A DNA stretch of 64,000 nucleotides, taken from Macrostomum lignano. Lineage: Eukaryota. Made by a program: the position numbers and the translations under genes. The stretch is taken from NCBI GenBank assembly GCA_002269645.1, contig NIVC01000255.1, positions 620,001-684,000 on the forward strand, in the 5' to 3' direction. Under the pieces are notes generated by a model. That model did not search any database and was not told the DNA's origin. It saw nothing but the letters and a program-made list of their open reading frames with translations. Positions 1 to 16,371 of the stretch are shown here, piece after piece (position 1 is the first letter of the stretch; every line of letters begins with the position of its first letter).

Positions 1-121
1 GACCGTCAAGAAATTCTGATTCGCTCTCGTTCTTATTGTACTTTAACTTTTAGGGTAAAAGTACAAAAAAAGTGTTTTTTTCAGGTCGAAAATAAGGCTT
101 TTTTAACTTTGCTTTACCGCA

Positions 122-329
122 GCGAAAAGTTCCGGGAGAGAGGCACTTACCAACAACCGCTTCGATTTCAGCAGCAATGTGATTTTTGTTGAGCTTGGTC
201 GGTAGAATCGGGTGTCGGAGACCAAATTAAAGAGCTTGCTGTTCAGACGGACTCAGTTTGTAGCTAGAGATGTTAGTGATGGCCTGTGGGAAACTCCTGT
301 TGGTGTGTTGCTTTTCAAGCCATAGGTTT
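122..329 (-). mobile_element. Penelope-like element, N-terminal ORF fragment (continues 5715-5925 after removing the LINE)
   Basis: The minus strand reads ...MTKLEKKLQNLWL|EKQHTNRSFPQAITNISSYKLSPSEQQAL*FGLRHPILP across the LINE insertion site in one frame. The NLSSYxLSxxE..AL.xGL pattern is typical of the region upstream of the Penelope RT. One internal stop. Confidence 0.7.
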
Positions 330-741
330 GGGGGGCAAACGGCAACTTAAACCGAGGGACTCTGTGACATCCGCCAGCTTTTCGTTTTTCGAGGAGGCTC
401 TTCCCCCTCCTTTTCGTTCCGGCCTGGCGTGGAAGCGGCTAGCTTCCTCGTCTTGGTCTGCTGGTGGGGGACGGATCCCCCCTGCTGCTTTTTTGCGGGG
501 CAGGTGGCTGCTAAGTAGTTGGCTGCTGGCTAAGCGCCAACTACCCATCGACAGCCCTTAGTTGCAACTGGTACCACACGGGTTCTCGAGGGCCGCTCTT
601 GTGGGGGAGGGCTCGGGCGTCGGCTGTCAACTCGACCTGGCGCCTGTGTCCCAAGCCCGCAGCCGGCCTCCCGCCCCCTGATCTTGCAGAGTGTGGACCG
701 GGGGCCTGCCGGAGCCTCGCCTGGGAGCAATCCTGGGATAA

Positions 742-5620
<4,879 letters not shown>

Positions 5621-5714
5621 TCCTTGTGCTCTTTTACCTTGGGGTTGCGATAGGGGCCTCGCGGCCTATTCGCGGCGCCTGCGCCCCCCGTCAGTAGTAA
5701 GTAAGTAAGTAAGT

Positions 5715-5925
5715 AAGCCATAGGTTTTGGAGCTTCTTTTCTAGCTTGGTCATTTCTGCGGCAATGTTCTGGCTAGTCTTGTTGATGAGGTGGCATAGGA
5801 CAGAGAAAGTGATGAGACCAAGTCTAGGTCTTAGGTTATCTTTTAAACCTCGAATTTGACTCTGCAGGGTCTGATGTTTGCGGCGATTGAGTTTAAGTTG
5901 CTTTCGAATAAGTGTTTCGTGTTGC
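5715..5925 (-). mobile_element. Penelope-like element, upstream part of the inverted N-terminal fragment
   Basis: Reads QHETLIRKQLKLNRRKHQTLQSQIRGLKDNLRPRLGLITFSVLCHLINKTSQNIAAEMTKLEKKLQNLWL, in frame with 122-316. Confidence 0.65.
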
Positions 5926-6406
5926 TAGTGTTGCTATGAGATTCACGAAACACGTCGTCTCTGACAAAATCGCCAATCAGCCTAGCGCTAAAGCCGATCA
6001 CATCGATCTCAACGAACCAACTCTTGTCCTCCCTTTCTTTGGCTATCCTTATCAACTTTTCAAAAATAAAATCTGCAAATTATTCCGCAACTCGCTTAAT
6101 TGCAACGTCCGTGTCATCTTTCGTTCTGCTAAGGTTGGCAACTTTGTCGGTCAGTTGAAGTCAACAGGTGTTCCCTGGGGCCTGTGCTATAAAACAAGGA
6201 GTCAGGAGCTAGGAGTAAGGAGTGAGGAGTGTCCTAAGTCAAGGAGTAATCGTGAATTGCGTTCAATAAACACCAGGAGCAAAGAGTTCATTTAGGAGTT
6301 GCGTTAGAAGTGCAAGCTAGGAGTGGATTCCAAGGAGAATGGAATGTTACGTAATTTTTCTAGGAGTGCTAGGTGTGAGCGTGCTATACATACAACACTC
6401 TTAAAA

Positions 6407-7407
6407 ATGCACACCTTAAGAAGTTCTCCGAAGGAGTAGCTCTTCAGTGTAGTTAGCCATCAATGCAGCCATCACAAAGTTTTATTTGTTAGGGAAGTAT
6501 TCGCGCGCAAAGACGTCTTGTTTGGTTCGTTTTCAAGCATATTAACGAAACAAGTAAAAATTGAGGCATGGAAGGCTGCGATTGAAGCATGCCGATAGCA
6601 ACACGGCTTTGATCCGACGCCTCCGAAGAAGGACTGGAAGTATGTAAGAGACAAGGTGTGGGGAAATCTGAAGAGCAATGTCTGGGTGAGTCTGTTAGTA
6701 CACAATGCTTATTGTTGACGAATATAAATTGTTATGAAAATTAGTTACGCACTATCTAAAGCCATAACTGTAGATTTAATTAAATAACTTAGAAGCGCAG
6801 ACTATGGAGGAAATAATGGCGTAACTCTCCATGCCTCATACCTACTCGTCACGGTGGTTCAGAATAATTAAATACTAATACTGTTTTTCATTTCTAGGCA
6901 AAAAGGGACAAATTCCAACAAACTGGCGCCGAGGGTAAATCAGCAGCCAAGTGGATGGAGTTGGAAGCCGTTGTACTAGACACTATTGGCCGCGATTCGC
7001 CAACCGTTGAAGGTCTGGATGTGCCGGAGAGTGTCGAGGAACAGACTAGGCAGAAGCAACAGCTCAGCGGTAAGGCCGTCTCAACGGAAATGACTGCTAA
7101 TGCGTCGCAAAGTGAAATTTCCGAGCGACCAACTGCGAAGACAGTTACGAGTACATCTCGGATTGGTTGTAAGCGACAGCAGACTTCCCGAGATGACTAC
7201 GACGAGGAGTTTCGCCAGCTAAAAGTTACAAGACTGCGCTTGGACATTCGTGAAGCGGAGCTGCGCTGCCAGAACTTGGAGCTGAAGAACGAAAAACTGA
7301 TAAGAAAATTGCAATCTGCAGTGCAATTGCCGACTCCCAACGATGACCCCGAACAGCTAGCAGCCAGTTTGTTTGCATATGACAGTTGGAACATGCAATC
7401 GAAGTAG
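6407..7407 (+). pseudogene. Harbinger Myb/SANT-like DNA-binding protein gene; exons 6407-6685 and 6898-7407; two premature TAG stops in exon 1
   Basis: KDVLFGSF...KIEAW...DWKYVRDKVWGNLK, then after a GT-AG intron AKRDKFQQTGAEG...ELEAVVLDTIG..SPTVEGL. This is the usual Myb_DNA-bind_5-like layout. Confidence 0.75.
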
Positions 7408-7915
7408 TAGACTTTTTACTCTACTATGAAATGAAACAGAATGAAAATCTAAACAGGCATTGCTGAGAACAGTTTGATATGTACTGTGTGTGTCGAGGGA
7501 TACAAGCGCATCTCATCCTACAAACGCATGTTTAACATTTACGTTTAGCTGGTGTTCCTTGCATACTTTTTTCTCTTTACCGAGTAAATACATGGTATTG
7601 TTTAATGAAAAGCAGTCAACCGAGTGATTGACGCGCATTTATGTAATCAATTATAGCCTTATCCTGTGAGTTAGCCTGCCCATCGGCCAAGCAGTCAATG
7701 AAGATGGAATAGGTTTGTTGGTGCTCAAAAATATATTTCATGGATGAATACATTCGAATATGCTTCTGTAGAAAGGCTTTGTTGCGCTTTGTTGCATGCT
7801 TGTCTAATGTCAAACGAACTAAGTTTGTCTAATTTAGAGGAATTTAGTTTTCATCGTTGAAGTTTGAAGTACGCTCGTATAAGAAAATGTTCTACATCTA
7901 AAACAGCAAACACGT

Positions 7916-9084
7916 CTAGAAAAGTTGCACGATTTGGTTTCGTCGGTTATTGTTGTCAACCACAATGCCATCCTGGTCGTCGTCCATGGTGTCCAGCAGT
8001 TGTGCAGGAGCTTCGAGTTCGAGGTACGGCTGCCTATTTTGAAGCGCCAGGTTGTGCAGCACGACACAGCACCGAAAAATATTTGCAGCGAAAATTGGTC
8101 GAACCTGCAGTGGACGCAGTAGACAACGCAATCGCTGCTTAAGAATGCCGATGGTGCATTCTACGATGCTTCTTGTGGCCTTGTGGGCCTCATTGAAACG
8201 GCGCTCCTGATCACTCTGTGGATTCAACAGCGGTGTAATGAGGTAGTCGTCGTTCCAGTAGCCGGAGTCTGCAAAAAGAAGGCCGCCAGGAACAGGACGC
8301 CATCCGCTTCTTAGACGCTGGGCGACGTGCGAATTGCGAAAAACTCTGGCATCGCTTACCGCACCCGGCCATCTAGCAGTCGCGAAGTAGATTTTGTAAT
8401 CAGGGCCACAGACAAGCATGGCGTTGATGGAATGGCGACCATGGCGGTTGAAATATTGCTCTTCATTTATCGCTGGTCGAAAAATCTCAATGTGCGTTCC
8501 GTCCACACAGCCGATCACGCACGGGAAGTTGGCTGTCAAGTTTTTGTTACAGACAACTGAATAGAACGACAATAAATCAAGACTCACGTATAGCCGTACA
8601 AAATACTACTATGAGCGTACTTTAAAGTATTCCTATTTATAGACATCGTTTTACACTCACCTCTGGCTTGAAATCCCTCAACAACTGCTTGAAAATCGGT
8701 AGGAAATTGAACGACATCAAAGTATATAGTGTCATTTACCGCCGCGACAAATCGATGAACTGTGTTAAACACAGTACTCTTTGAGACGCCATGAGCATCA
8801 CCAACTACTTTGTAGTCCGCTCCGGTAGCTAGGAAACGAATTGATAGCCTGACGTGCTGCTCGGGTGTCAATGCATGGTTCCGACGAGAAGGATGTTCAA
8901 TAAGATGCCGAATTCTTTCAGTGAGATGAGAAAGCTGCTGCTCTGTTAGCCTAAAGCGAGATTGCGTTTCCAAATCGCCCTCAAAGAAGTTTATTCGTTC
9001 TTTGAAGCGTCTGGGTCGACGAACTTCGCGTTCGAAGTCAGAATCTGAGTCAGAAAGCATTATACTCCTAGGAACTCTGTGCAT
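7916..9084 (-). CDS. Harbinger DDE transposase (HARBI1-like, about 346 aa); exons 9084-8661 and 8532-7916
   Basis: Motifs SRFRL, LRFLATG-like SIRFLATG, GVSKSTV, FPCVIGCVDGTH, FNRHGRHSINAMLVC, WPGAVSDARVF, ADSGY, VECTIGILKQR. A phase-1 GT-AG intron gives an open frame. Confidence 0.9.
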
Positions 9085-9910
9085 CAAATTCGGCCCTTGA
9101 ACTCTTGACTAGGAGTAGAAGGGCGGAGCAATTTCTTACTTGTTTATTGAACGTGCACGCCTAGAAATGGCTCCTAGCTGTTCTAAAAACACTCCTTACT
9201 CCTTGCAAAAACTCCTAGGTTTATTGAACACTACATACTTTAATTAGCACTCCTAAGTTCATTTAGGAGACTCCTTGGCTGATTAAGAGTCTCCTTACTC
9301 CTAGCTAGGACTCCTAGTGTTTATTGAACAGAAAAACTGACTAGGAGCAAGGAGCTAGGATGCTCTTGAAGAATTAGGAGTCAAGAGTGTTTTATAGCAC
9401 AGGCCCCTGTACTCTTCGTGCTGGTGTCGTTTATCAGTTCAACTGCTCTGATGACCAGAGCGTCTCCTACGTGGGGAAGACAAAAAGGCACCTGCACACT
9501 AGAATCAGGGAGCACTGGCTGAAACCGTCGGCTATCCAAAACCATCTCTTAGAGTGTAATAGTTGCTCCAACTGCAAACCCAAGGAGCGTTTCAACGTCA
9601 TTGATCAATGTTCTTTTGACTCCAAACTCCAGATACTTGAAGCGCTGTACATTAAAGCGCATTCCCCCAACCTCAACATTCAACTCCAACACAGTGGCGA
9701 GGGACAAGTTCTCCGTGTGTTCTGAGGGAGGGGGAATGCGCTGTACATTATATACTTCTAACTACGAGCTATATCGCTATCATTCCGTCCCTAAACTTTG
9801 CCTCTCGACTTTTGTACTAACAAACCTGTACTTCAAATATTGATTGAATTTACACCCCAAAATTTTGTATTTATTTACTGCCGATCTCACTTGTTTCTTT
9901 CGCTCAAAAA

Positions 9911-9951
9911 TAAACCTGAAGATGCACAGTATCGTGCGAAACGCGTCGTTC
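9911..9951 (+). ncRNA. Minimal type I hammerhead ribozyme motif in the Penelope 3' end
   Basis: AAAC-CTGAAGA(9916-9922)-T-GCAC agtatc GTGC-GAAA-CGCGTC-GTT: conserved core, 4-bp stem II, palindromic ACGCGT stem III, GUC cleavage triplet. Sits about 190 nt after the GIY-YIG stop. Confidence 0.75.
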
Positions 9952-10794
9952 AATCAAATTAATTTAATGTTGATTTTTGCCTTACTATTCATCTTACTTG
10001 CCAAGCAAGCAAATTTACCTGAAATTTAGTCGAGTGTGGTGTCAAATTGTAGCCCATCGGATGCCCAATGAAACGACGCAAGACACTCTAGAAAAACCCC
10101 TGTTAACAGGTACTTTTTACCTGTGAATTAAAAAACGGCCCTATTGGGGGTACAAACTTCGAAGTCGAAAAAAAGAATTTTTGCGGACCGATTTTTCTGC
10201 ATTTTCAATATTGTTTAGCCGAACAGCTGAAGTTACACCGGTCATACGCCATTATGGCTGGAAAATTCGTATTTTTGAGAAAATTGGCTCCAAATTTCGA
10301 GGCCATTTTTAGGCAAACTTTGGGCATACTTTTGCTAATAACTCTGCATTGGCAAGGCCTAGAGACTCAAGTTTGGTGTCTAAAAACAGCAATATGGATG
10401 CACTATGCAACTAAATCAGTTTAGAATGCTGATTTTTAGTTTAACAGGTCTCAATACCTGTTTGATTACCTCTCGGAACAGGTGAAAATGCATAATTCGG
10501 CGCCGAGCAGCTGCAAAAATTGTTAATATAGTTTGAAAATGCGTTAGATAAATGCGTTTTGATGTTGTGGGTGTAACAACATGCGACTTGCATTTTTAGG
10601 TGAAGGCGTTGCGATGCAGTGAGCAGAAAGGTGTGAAAAAGCAGCAAAAATGGTAGAAATGGCTGCTATTAGCGATTTTCGATATAAAAGGCGTGTACTG
10701 TAGGCCTATCTGGTAAGCAATTTGTGGCTCAGTGGCTAAGCTAGTTGCCTAATATTGAGTGCTCCCCACACTCGGCGAGCCCCCCCTCCCACAT

Positions 10795-10965
10795 TACGCA
10801 ACCCCTATCCAACAACAACCTTAACAACAACAACCCCGACCTAACAACAACCCTAACAAGCCCTACCCAACAACAACCCCTACCCAACAACAACATCAAC
10901 CCTTTTAACAACCCCTACTTAACAAACAACAACCCCCTTAACAACCTTTACTACACAACAACCAA
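10795..10965 (+). repeat. AAC/AACCC-rich low-complexity tract
   Basis: Directly visible (caacaacaac, acccta) runs. Confidence 0.7.
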
Positions 10966-12422
10966 CGTGGATACTCCGCTTAAACCAAGTGGCTAATTGG
11001 CCCTCACACCATGTTTGAGTTTTACGTCCTATAAATACTCTAGTGGTACTTGGTGGGATAGCCTGCTGCACGAGACCGTCTCGTCGAGACTGAATTGTGC
11101 GCTATTTAATTTGGATATTTGGCGTAAGGTATTTAAGATTTGGAAATATTGGGCACTAAGATGTATTTCAGTAGTAAATATATACCTGCAATTTATATAT
11201 GTTTTATAAGTATTTTTATTAATTAATCTAAACAGTTATGTATAAACTTTGTTTAAATTAAATTATAATTATAGCCTACTACGCTTCTTAGTTCTTCATA
11301 TATCATAGCCATAAAAGATAAGAACACAATATAGCTTCTTAATTAGTTCTTAATTTGGGTTAAATAAATTGGTCATAGCCATGGCCAATATTAGGCAATA
11401 TTAGACAGCACCTAGACAATATTAGGTGCTCTAAGATCTTAACATTTATCCGCCTCCGCCGTATCTATATTGTGCATATCTTGCGCTTTTGTATCCCCTA
11501 ACCACCGTCTCGATTGAGTGCCAGCTTCAATAGCTAATTCATCCATTATCAAACCTGTATATTTTTGTATTACAAGTTTTTAATAAGTAAATATATGCGT
11601 ATTTGAATTTTACAAACTAAAGTAAATTACATCTGAAGAAATAAAACCCCAATGTTGTTCTACCAAATCCCCAAATGTTTGAATACGTTTCATGAGAATA
11701 GAGGTACAACTTACACAAAAAAGTTTGAAGCCATACACAAATAATGGGTATGCCATTTTCCTTGCCGACGCGTTAAGATTCCTGCGGGGTGATGTAGGGC
11801 ATTATGTATTTTACATGGACAATACTGCACACAGAACGAATCGGAAAGAATAAACATTAGGGCTCCTTGGATTCCTCGTTATTCACGTAATTAGTTATTA
11901 TATTACTAATGAATAATGAAGGAATACTAACATGCGAAATGAATTCACTGAAGCTCGTGCACATGCGACAACGTATAGCCTACCGTATATGCGCGACAAA
12001 GGGTCTACTGTTTGTTTTACCGCAGTAGTTCTGCGGGTATATAAATACCGCGCGCACCAATTTGAATCCCCGAGCTCTTGCATTGGCTCTCGTTTGCCTT
12101 GCATCTTAGCCCGGACTGTGCTCCAATATAGTTCTTATTGTGTTGTGTCGGCCCGGCCCGTAGTGCCTGATAATTACCTTAGTTCATGGCTAGTGATTAG
12201 TACTCAATATGAGTCTTAGTTTGAGCAAAGCTCCTAAGCATTGAGATCAGTTAAATAAGCCTGAATCTTAGCTCTAAAAAACTGTGTTTAGTAAGGGCAC
12301 AGGAGGTCGAGCTTATATTTGTGTTTTGTTAATCAATTAATTGTTAAGTCTTTTATTATTTCTGCTGGTGCGCTAGTTTATTTATTTATTCAATTATCGT
12401 TCAATAATTGGTTCAACGTTAA

Positions 12423-12839
12423 CGTTCAACAATAATCGTTCAACAAGGACAAAAGGCGGTTATTCTCGACCGCTGCCTCGGGTCGGCTCGAGCATTTCAA
12501 GACGTACTACACCGTCAAGGCTCACTGTCTGACGCCGAATGGCCGATTTCTCAGCGCCAACTAGCCGTCCTCGAAGCGACTGGGGTGCCCTTTACCGGCG
12601 CGAACATGACCCTTATTTACTTGCGCATTGAACCCGAGTTGGCCATTCAGCGCATAGCCCAGCGCGGACGCACCGGTGAGGAGACGGGCATCTACCTGGA
12701 CTATCTACGATCACTAGACGAGACGTTTACACGCCACTACCAGGACTACTCGAGCGTGCACGCGATTCTAATCCGGTCGGATACATCTACGACTGATCTA
12801 GCCTATCTTGTTGGTGGCATCATTCGGCGTGAGCTCTGA
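12423..12839 (+). pseudogene. Deoxynucleoside kinase (dNK/TK2 family) fragment lacking the N-terminal P-loop
   Basis: ILDRCLGSARAF..LHRQGSL...LIYLRIEPELAIQRIAQRGRTGEETGIYLDYLRSL mirrors the dNK ERS..SAR.F and LIIYLR.SPE...RI..R.R.EE...L.YL motifs. In-frame stop at 12420, and no GxxGxGKS upstream. Confidence 0.82.
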
Positions 12840-12949
12840 CATTCTCTTGATAATAACGACCTACTGTAGTACACCTGCATAAATTCAAAAGATTCTCTAA
12901 AGTAGAAAAAATACCGCCTACCAAGACCCGCGACGAAGGCAAAATTTCC

Positions 12950-14333
12950 ATGCGTACCCAACGATTTTTTTGTTTATCACGCTGCTACTTAAAACGCCTA
13001 ATGCAGCGTCTAGACATCACGAGCTTCAATCAGCTGATAAGCGAAGATCTGCGCGATAAAATCAAACTTGGACAGTTTGTCCTACTCGATTCTAAAACAA
13101 ACCGTGTTTGCGCTTGAAAAAGTCGGTAATTTTTTAATTACCCGCCGTTTCCAGCAGATCGTAGACGGTGGGATGCACCAACAGCTGACCTCTAACAGGC
13201 AGTCCACAAAAAAATTGGACTGCAAGTTCAATGGGGCCGAAGGCCGAATATTACGTGAAGCTTGTTGACCGCCGAGAGGAAGAGCTGCTCACAGGCGAGC
13301 AGATTACAGCAGTCTTTCAGATAAAAGACGCTGTGCTGGCAGAAGGGAGATCAACCAAGAACAGGTAAGTTAAATTTTTCCCAATGCTTTTTATGTCGAG
13401 TTATAAAAGTTTTATCGCGCTTAATATGACACTGGCATTCAAAATGGCACTAGGATAAATATCCTAGCATTCAATTGCACTGGCATTCAATATGGCACTG
13501 GGATTCAAAATGACACTGGCATTCAATATGGCACTGGGATTCAAAATGGCACTAGGATAAATATGGCGCTGGCATTCAAAATGGCACTAGGATAAATATG
13601 GCGCTGGCATTCAAAATGGCACTAGGATAAATATGGCACTGGGATTCAAAATGGCACTGGCATTCAATATGGCACTGGGAGTCAAAATGGCACTGGCATT
13701 AAAAATGGCACAAGGATAAATATGGCGCTGGTATTCAGAATGGCATTGCAAATTTTATTAGCTCAGAAATTACAGAAATCTAACACAGCTCAGAAAATTA
13801 CCTCTAAATAAATAAATACCTCTAATTCCATCCGCACAGGACGTTGGCATGGTTATCTGTTTTGGTGATGGAAATGCCAACCGCCAAGGCGTAGCCTCGA
13901 CCTGCCTCATCTCTGAGGCCCGGCGCTGGCTCAAAGCACCTAACGAGCCGTTAAAGGTGCAAAGTCACAAGTCCAACGCCAAGCATGGGTCGGCCTGGGC
14001 TAGCGTCGACCCTGCTGCGACCTGCTCATGCAACTGCTGGCCCAGCGCTTCGCTGAGCGTCCAAAGGACGATGACCTGGCGCTCGTGTTTCCTTACAGGT
14101 ATTTTGATAGACTTTTATCAATATCGAGAAAGATATTCTACTCTGCTCAGGAACGTTACCGTTTCAAAGTTTCGGCAATGGTTGGAAGTCTGTCAAACTG
14201 CTCTGCGGAGGAACAGCGGCTCATGGCTGACCACCAGAATCATACCGAAGGTGTGCAGCGCCAATTTTACCAGGTAAAATCGCTAAATTTGCTAAATAAT
14301 TGTCACAGAAGACTTCTGAAACGACAAAAATGA
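12950..14333 (+). pseudogene. Degenerate tyrosine-recombinase-like gene with an intron (13365-13839) and several frameshifts
   Basis: Ordered catalytic-like motifs: GNANRQGV (R), KVQSHKS..KHGSA (K), RYRFKVSA (R), MADHQNHTEGVQRQFYQ (H...Y). Donor CAG|GTAAGT and acceptor CACAG. Confidence 0.6.
13426..13745. repeat. About 19-bp minisatellite (AAATGGCACTGGCATTC / ATATGGCACTAGGATA variants) inside the YR-like intron
   Basis: Directly visible tandem units. Confidence 0.85.
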
Positions 14334-14512
14334 CATTTTAAGCGTAAAATTGGATGCCTTAGCAACTAAATAATCCTGAATAAAAACTAAATTCAATACA
14401 CTGAATAGCTGCATATAACATAGGTTCAGTCATTAAAGCTGCGCATTTGAACCCTTGCACCAATGTACGAATGTAGTTTACATCATTATGAGTATTATAT
14501 CGCCTAGCTAGA

Positions 14513-14869
14513 AAGCGACCGCCAGCTCGAGCTCCAGCCGATAGTGCAGCCAAGCGTCAGAAAATTTAACCTGGATCGCTTGTACTAGGTTACTGGCCAA
14601 CAGATGGAGAAAACTGGTGGCCGGCGATGGTTTGCCTACCCCGGCGCGGAATAAACTGCACCAAGGGCTTCTGCTCGAAGAAAATTCACGTGCAATTTTT
14701 CGATGAGCCTCCTTCTAGCGCGTGGCTACACCAGTGGCAGTTCGCCAGCGGAACAGAGGCGGCTCCAAAAAATGCTTCTAAACAGCTCTACCAAGCTTAT
14801 TAACGCATGGCAGAGGCCAGCAAATTGGGACTTGACTACCGCCTAGAAACTGTACTATCAAAAATGTAA
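14513..14869 (+). pseudogene. PWWP-domain coding segment with two in-frame stops (missed by the ORF track)
   Basis: KRPPARAPADSAAKRQKI*PGSLVLGYWPTDGENWWPAMVCLP...KIHVQFFDEPPSSAWL...LYQAY*RMAEA. WWPAMV and HVQFFD..S.AW are diagnostic of PWWP. Confidence 0.8.
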
Positions 14870-15834
14870 TCTTGTAAAGCTGCAATGTGAATGCTTATAC
14901 TATACTACGCTTATCTATGCTGTCCGTCAAAACTTCCGGAACCCTTGCTACGATGTCTTCTAGCGGACATAATTTCAGTCCGTTTCAATTGTAACTTGAT
15001 TCAAATGAAAGCTGCGGATCTCAGCTCCATGATGTGGTCAAGAAAAAGTTTATTCGAAGGAGTGTGTGAACAGGCCAGTGTTATGTACATAAAGCTGATA
15101 GAGCCCTGACCAGTCAACTTGGATTCGTCCCAATGAGTCAGACCCAACGCTTTGTACTATTCTGCTTTTAGGGATAGCCTAGCCCCGCGCAATACGCCTG
15201 GATCCACTCGAGCACACAGAGACTCCGCGCCTGTAACTATTCGATCAGCGTAACGCCGCCGCCAGTAACACGCCAGTAAACCCAGCTAACATGCTACCAC
15301 CCGGCAGGCATCCCCCTCATCAACGGACCTTGGGAAGTAGGATGGATTTCGCCTACCCGGGTTGGCACTTTCCTACCTTCTCCCCATTCTCTGTTCATGC
15401 TGGGGGTCCCTCTGTGGCAGTCAACTGCCGGTTCTGCCCAGTGTCTAGCGTCTGTTGAATCATCATCAACCCCACTTCTTAGCCTTTTTTCAATTAGGAG
15501 GTCTGCGGTTCCCCCAACTTCTCCCCCCCCCGCGCCCCGTTATAAAGACCGACCTTCAGTCTCCCTCTACATCGTTCCCTCCCAAAGCTCCCAGCTTCAC
15601 TAAATCAGCCGTCCGCTAGCTTTACACCTTAATTTCAATATTCTGCAATCGTCCACCAACATGTATTCTCCGACGAGCTACGCCGCTTTCTGATCCCAAC
15701 TCCGAGACCGCGAACCCCTATGGCTACCTATCTCCAACCTACCTGATCATCTCCATCACCTCTCGCTAGCCCCCAATTCTAATTCCATCTGCACCTTTCG
15801 TTTAATCCCGGAGGTTGATCCTTACGATTTTAGT

Positions 15835-16371
15835 TTGTCCAGCCCTATCTTCAATTTTCCGTTCCCCTTTTACCATCTTCGCCACCATTACCAAGCCGTT
15901 GCCCAAATCGTCCACTCGGCTTGTGGTGACACCGTGTTAGACCAGGACGATGAGGAAGAATTGGCGCGCTTAGACAAGAGCGATCTGCGAATCCTAGACG
16001 GACTGTTGTCCTGGTACGCCCTACTCCCGGCGAACACCACCCGGAGGTCTGAGCGCGCCATCCAGAATACTGTAACCTACATCTTGAGAGGCTCGAATGA
16101 TAAGCCGACGGCCCTCTACCTGATGGCTCGCCTCCTGACAAGGTTGCCGAACCTACGCACCTTCGTCTGGAGAGTCGTTTTGGACTACCAAGAGCTCGCA
16201 CCCCTCCTTCACTTGGAGCTGGTGGTCGCGGGCACACGCCCGGATCAACTGGCTAAGGATAATGAAGCTCTTCGCTCCTACGTCGCCGTCGACATCGGTT
16301 CACTCGCCAAGCCGCCCTTCTCCCCGCCCAGCCTAGCTCACCTGACCCAAATGGCCTTCCACCATACGTGA
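15835..16371 (+). CDS. Orphan helical ORF (178 aa), no family recognised
   Basis: Stop-free, protein-like composition, but has a TTG start and no recognisable motif. Confidence 0.3.
   Translation: MSSPIFNFPFPFYHLRHHYQAVAQIVHSACGDTVLDQDDEEELARLDKSDLRILDGLLSWYALLPANTTRRSERAIQNTVTYILRGSNDKPTALYLMARLLTRLPNLRTFVWRVVLDYQELAPLLHLELVVAGTRPDQLAKDNEALRSYVAVDIGSLAKPPFSPPSLAHLTQMAFHHT

Larger units (their letters stand above)
6178..9406. mobile_element. PIF/Harbinger DNA transposon (3.2 kb) with convergent Myb/SANT-like and transposase genes
   Basis: Perfect 19-bp TIRs GGGCCTGTGCTATAAAACA (6178-6196 and 9388-9406). 3-bp CTG TSD (6175-6177 and 9407-9409; CWG type). AGGAG/CTCCT-rich subterminal regions. 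Confidence 0.95.
5935..9960 (+). mobile_element. Penelope-like element 3' part: post-RT linker, GIY-YIG endonuclease and 3' UTR, split by the Harbinger insertion
   Basis: Removing 6178-9409 restores the frame ...LVLPFFG...VRVIFRSAKVGNFVGQLKSTGVP|CTLRAGVVYQFNC...YVGKTKRHLHTRIREH...ILEALYIKAHSPNLNIQ (stop at 9725). Confidence 0.88.

Noticed and set aside
10723-10790. tRNA- or SINE-like start GTGGCTCAGTGGCTAAG
   Set aside because: Only an A-box-like motif; no B-box (GTTCRA) or cloverleaf could be built.
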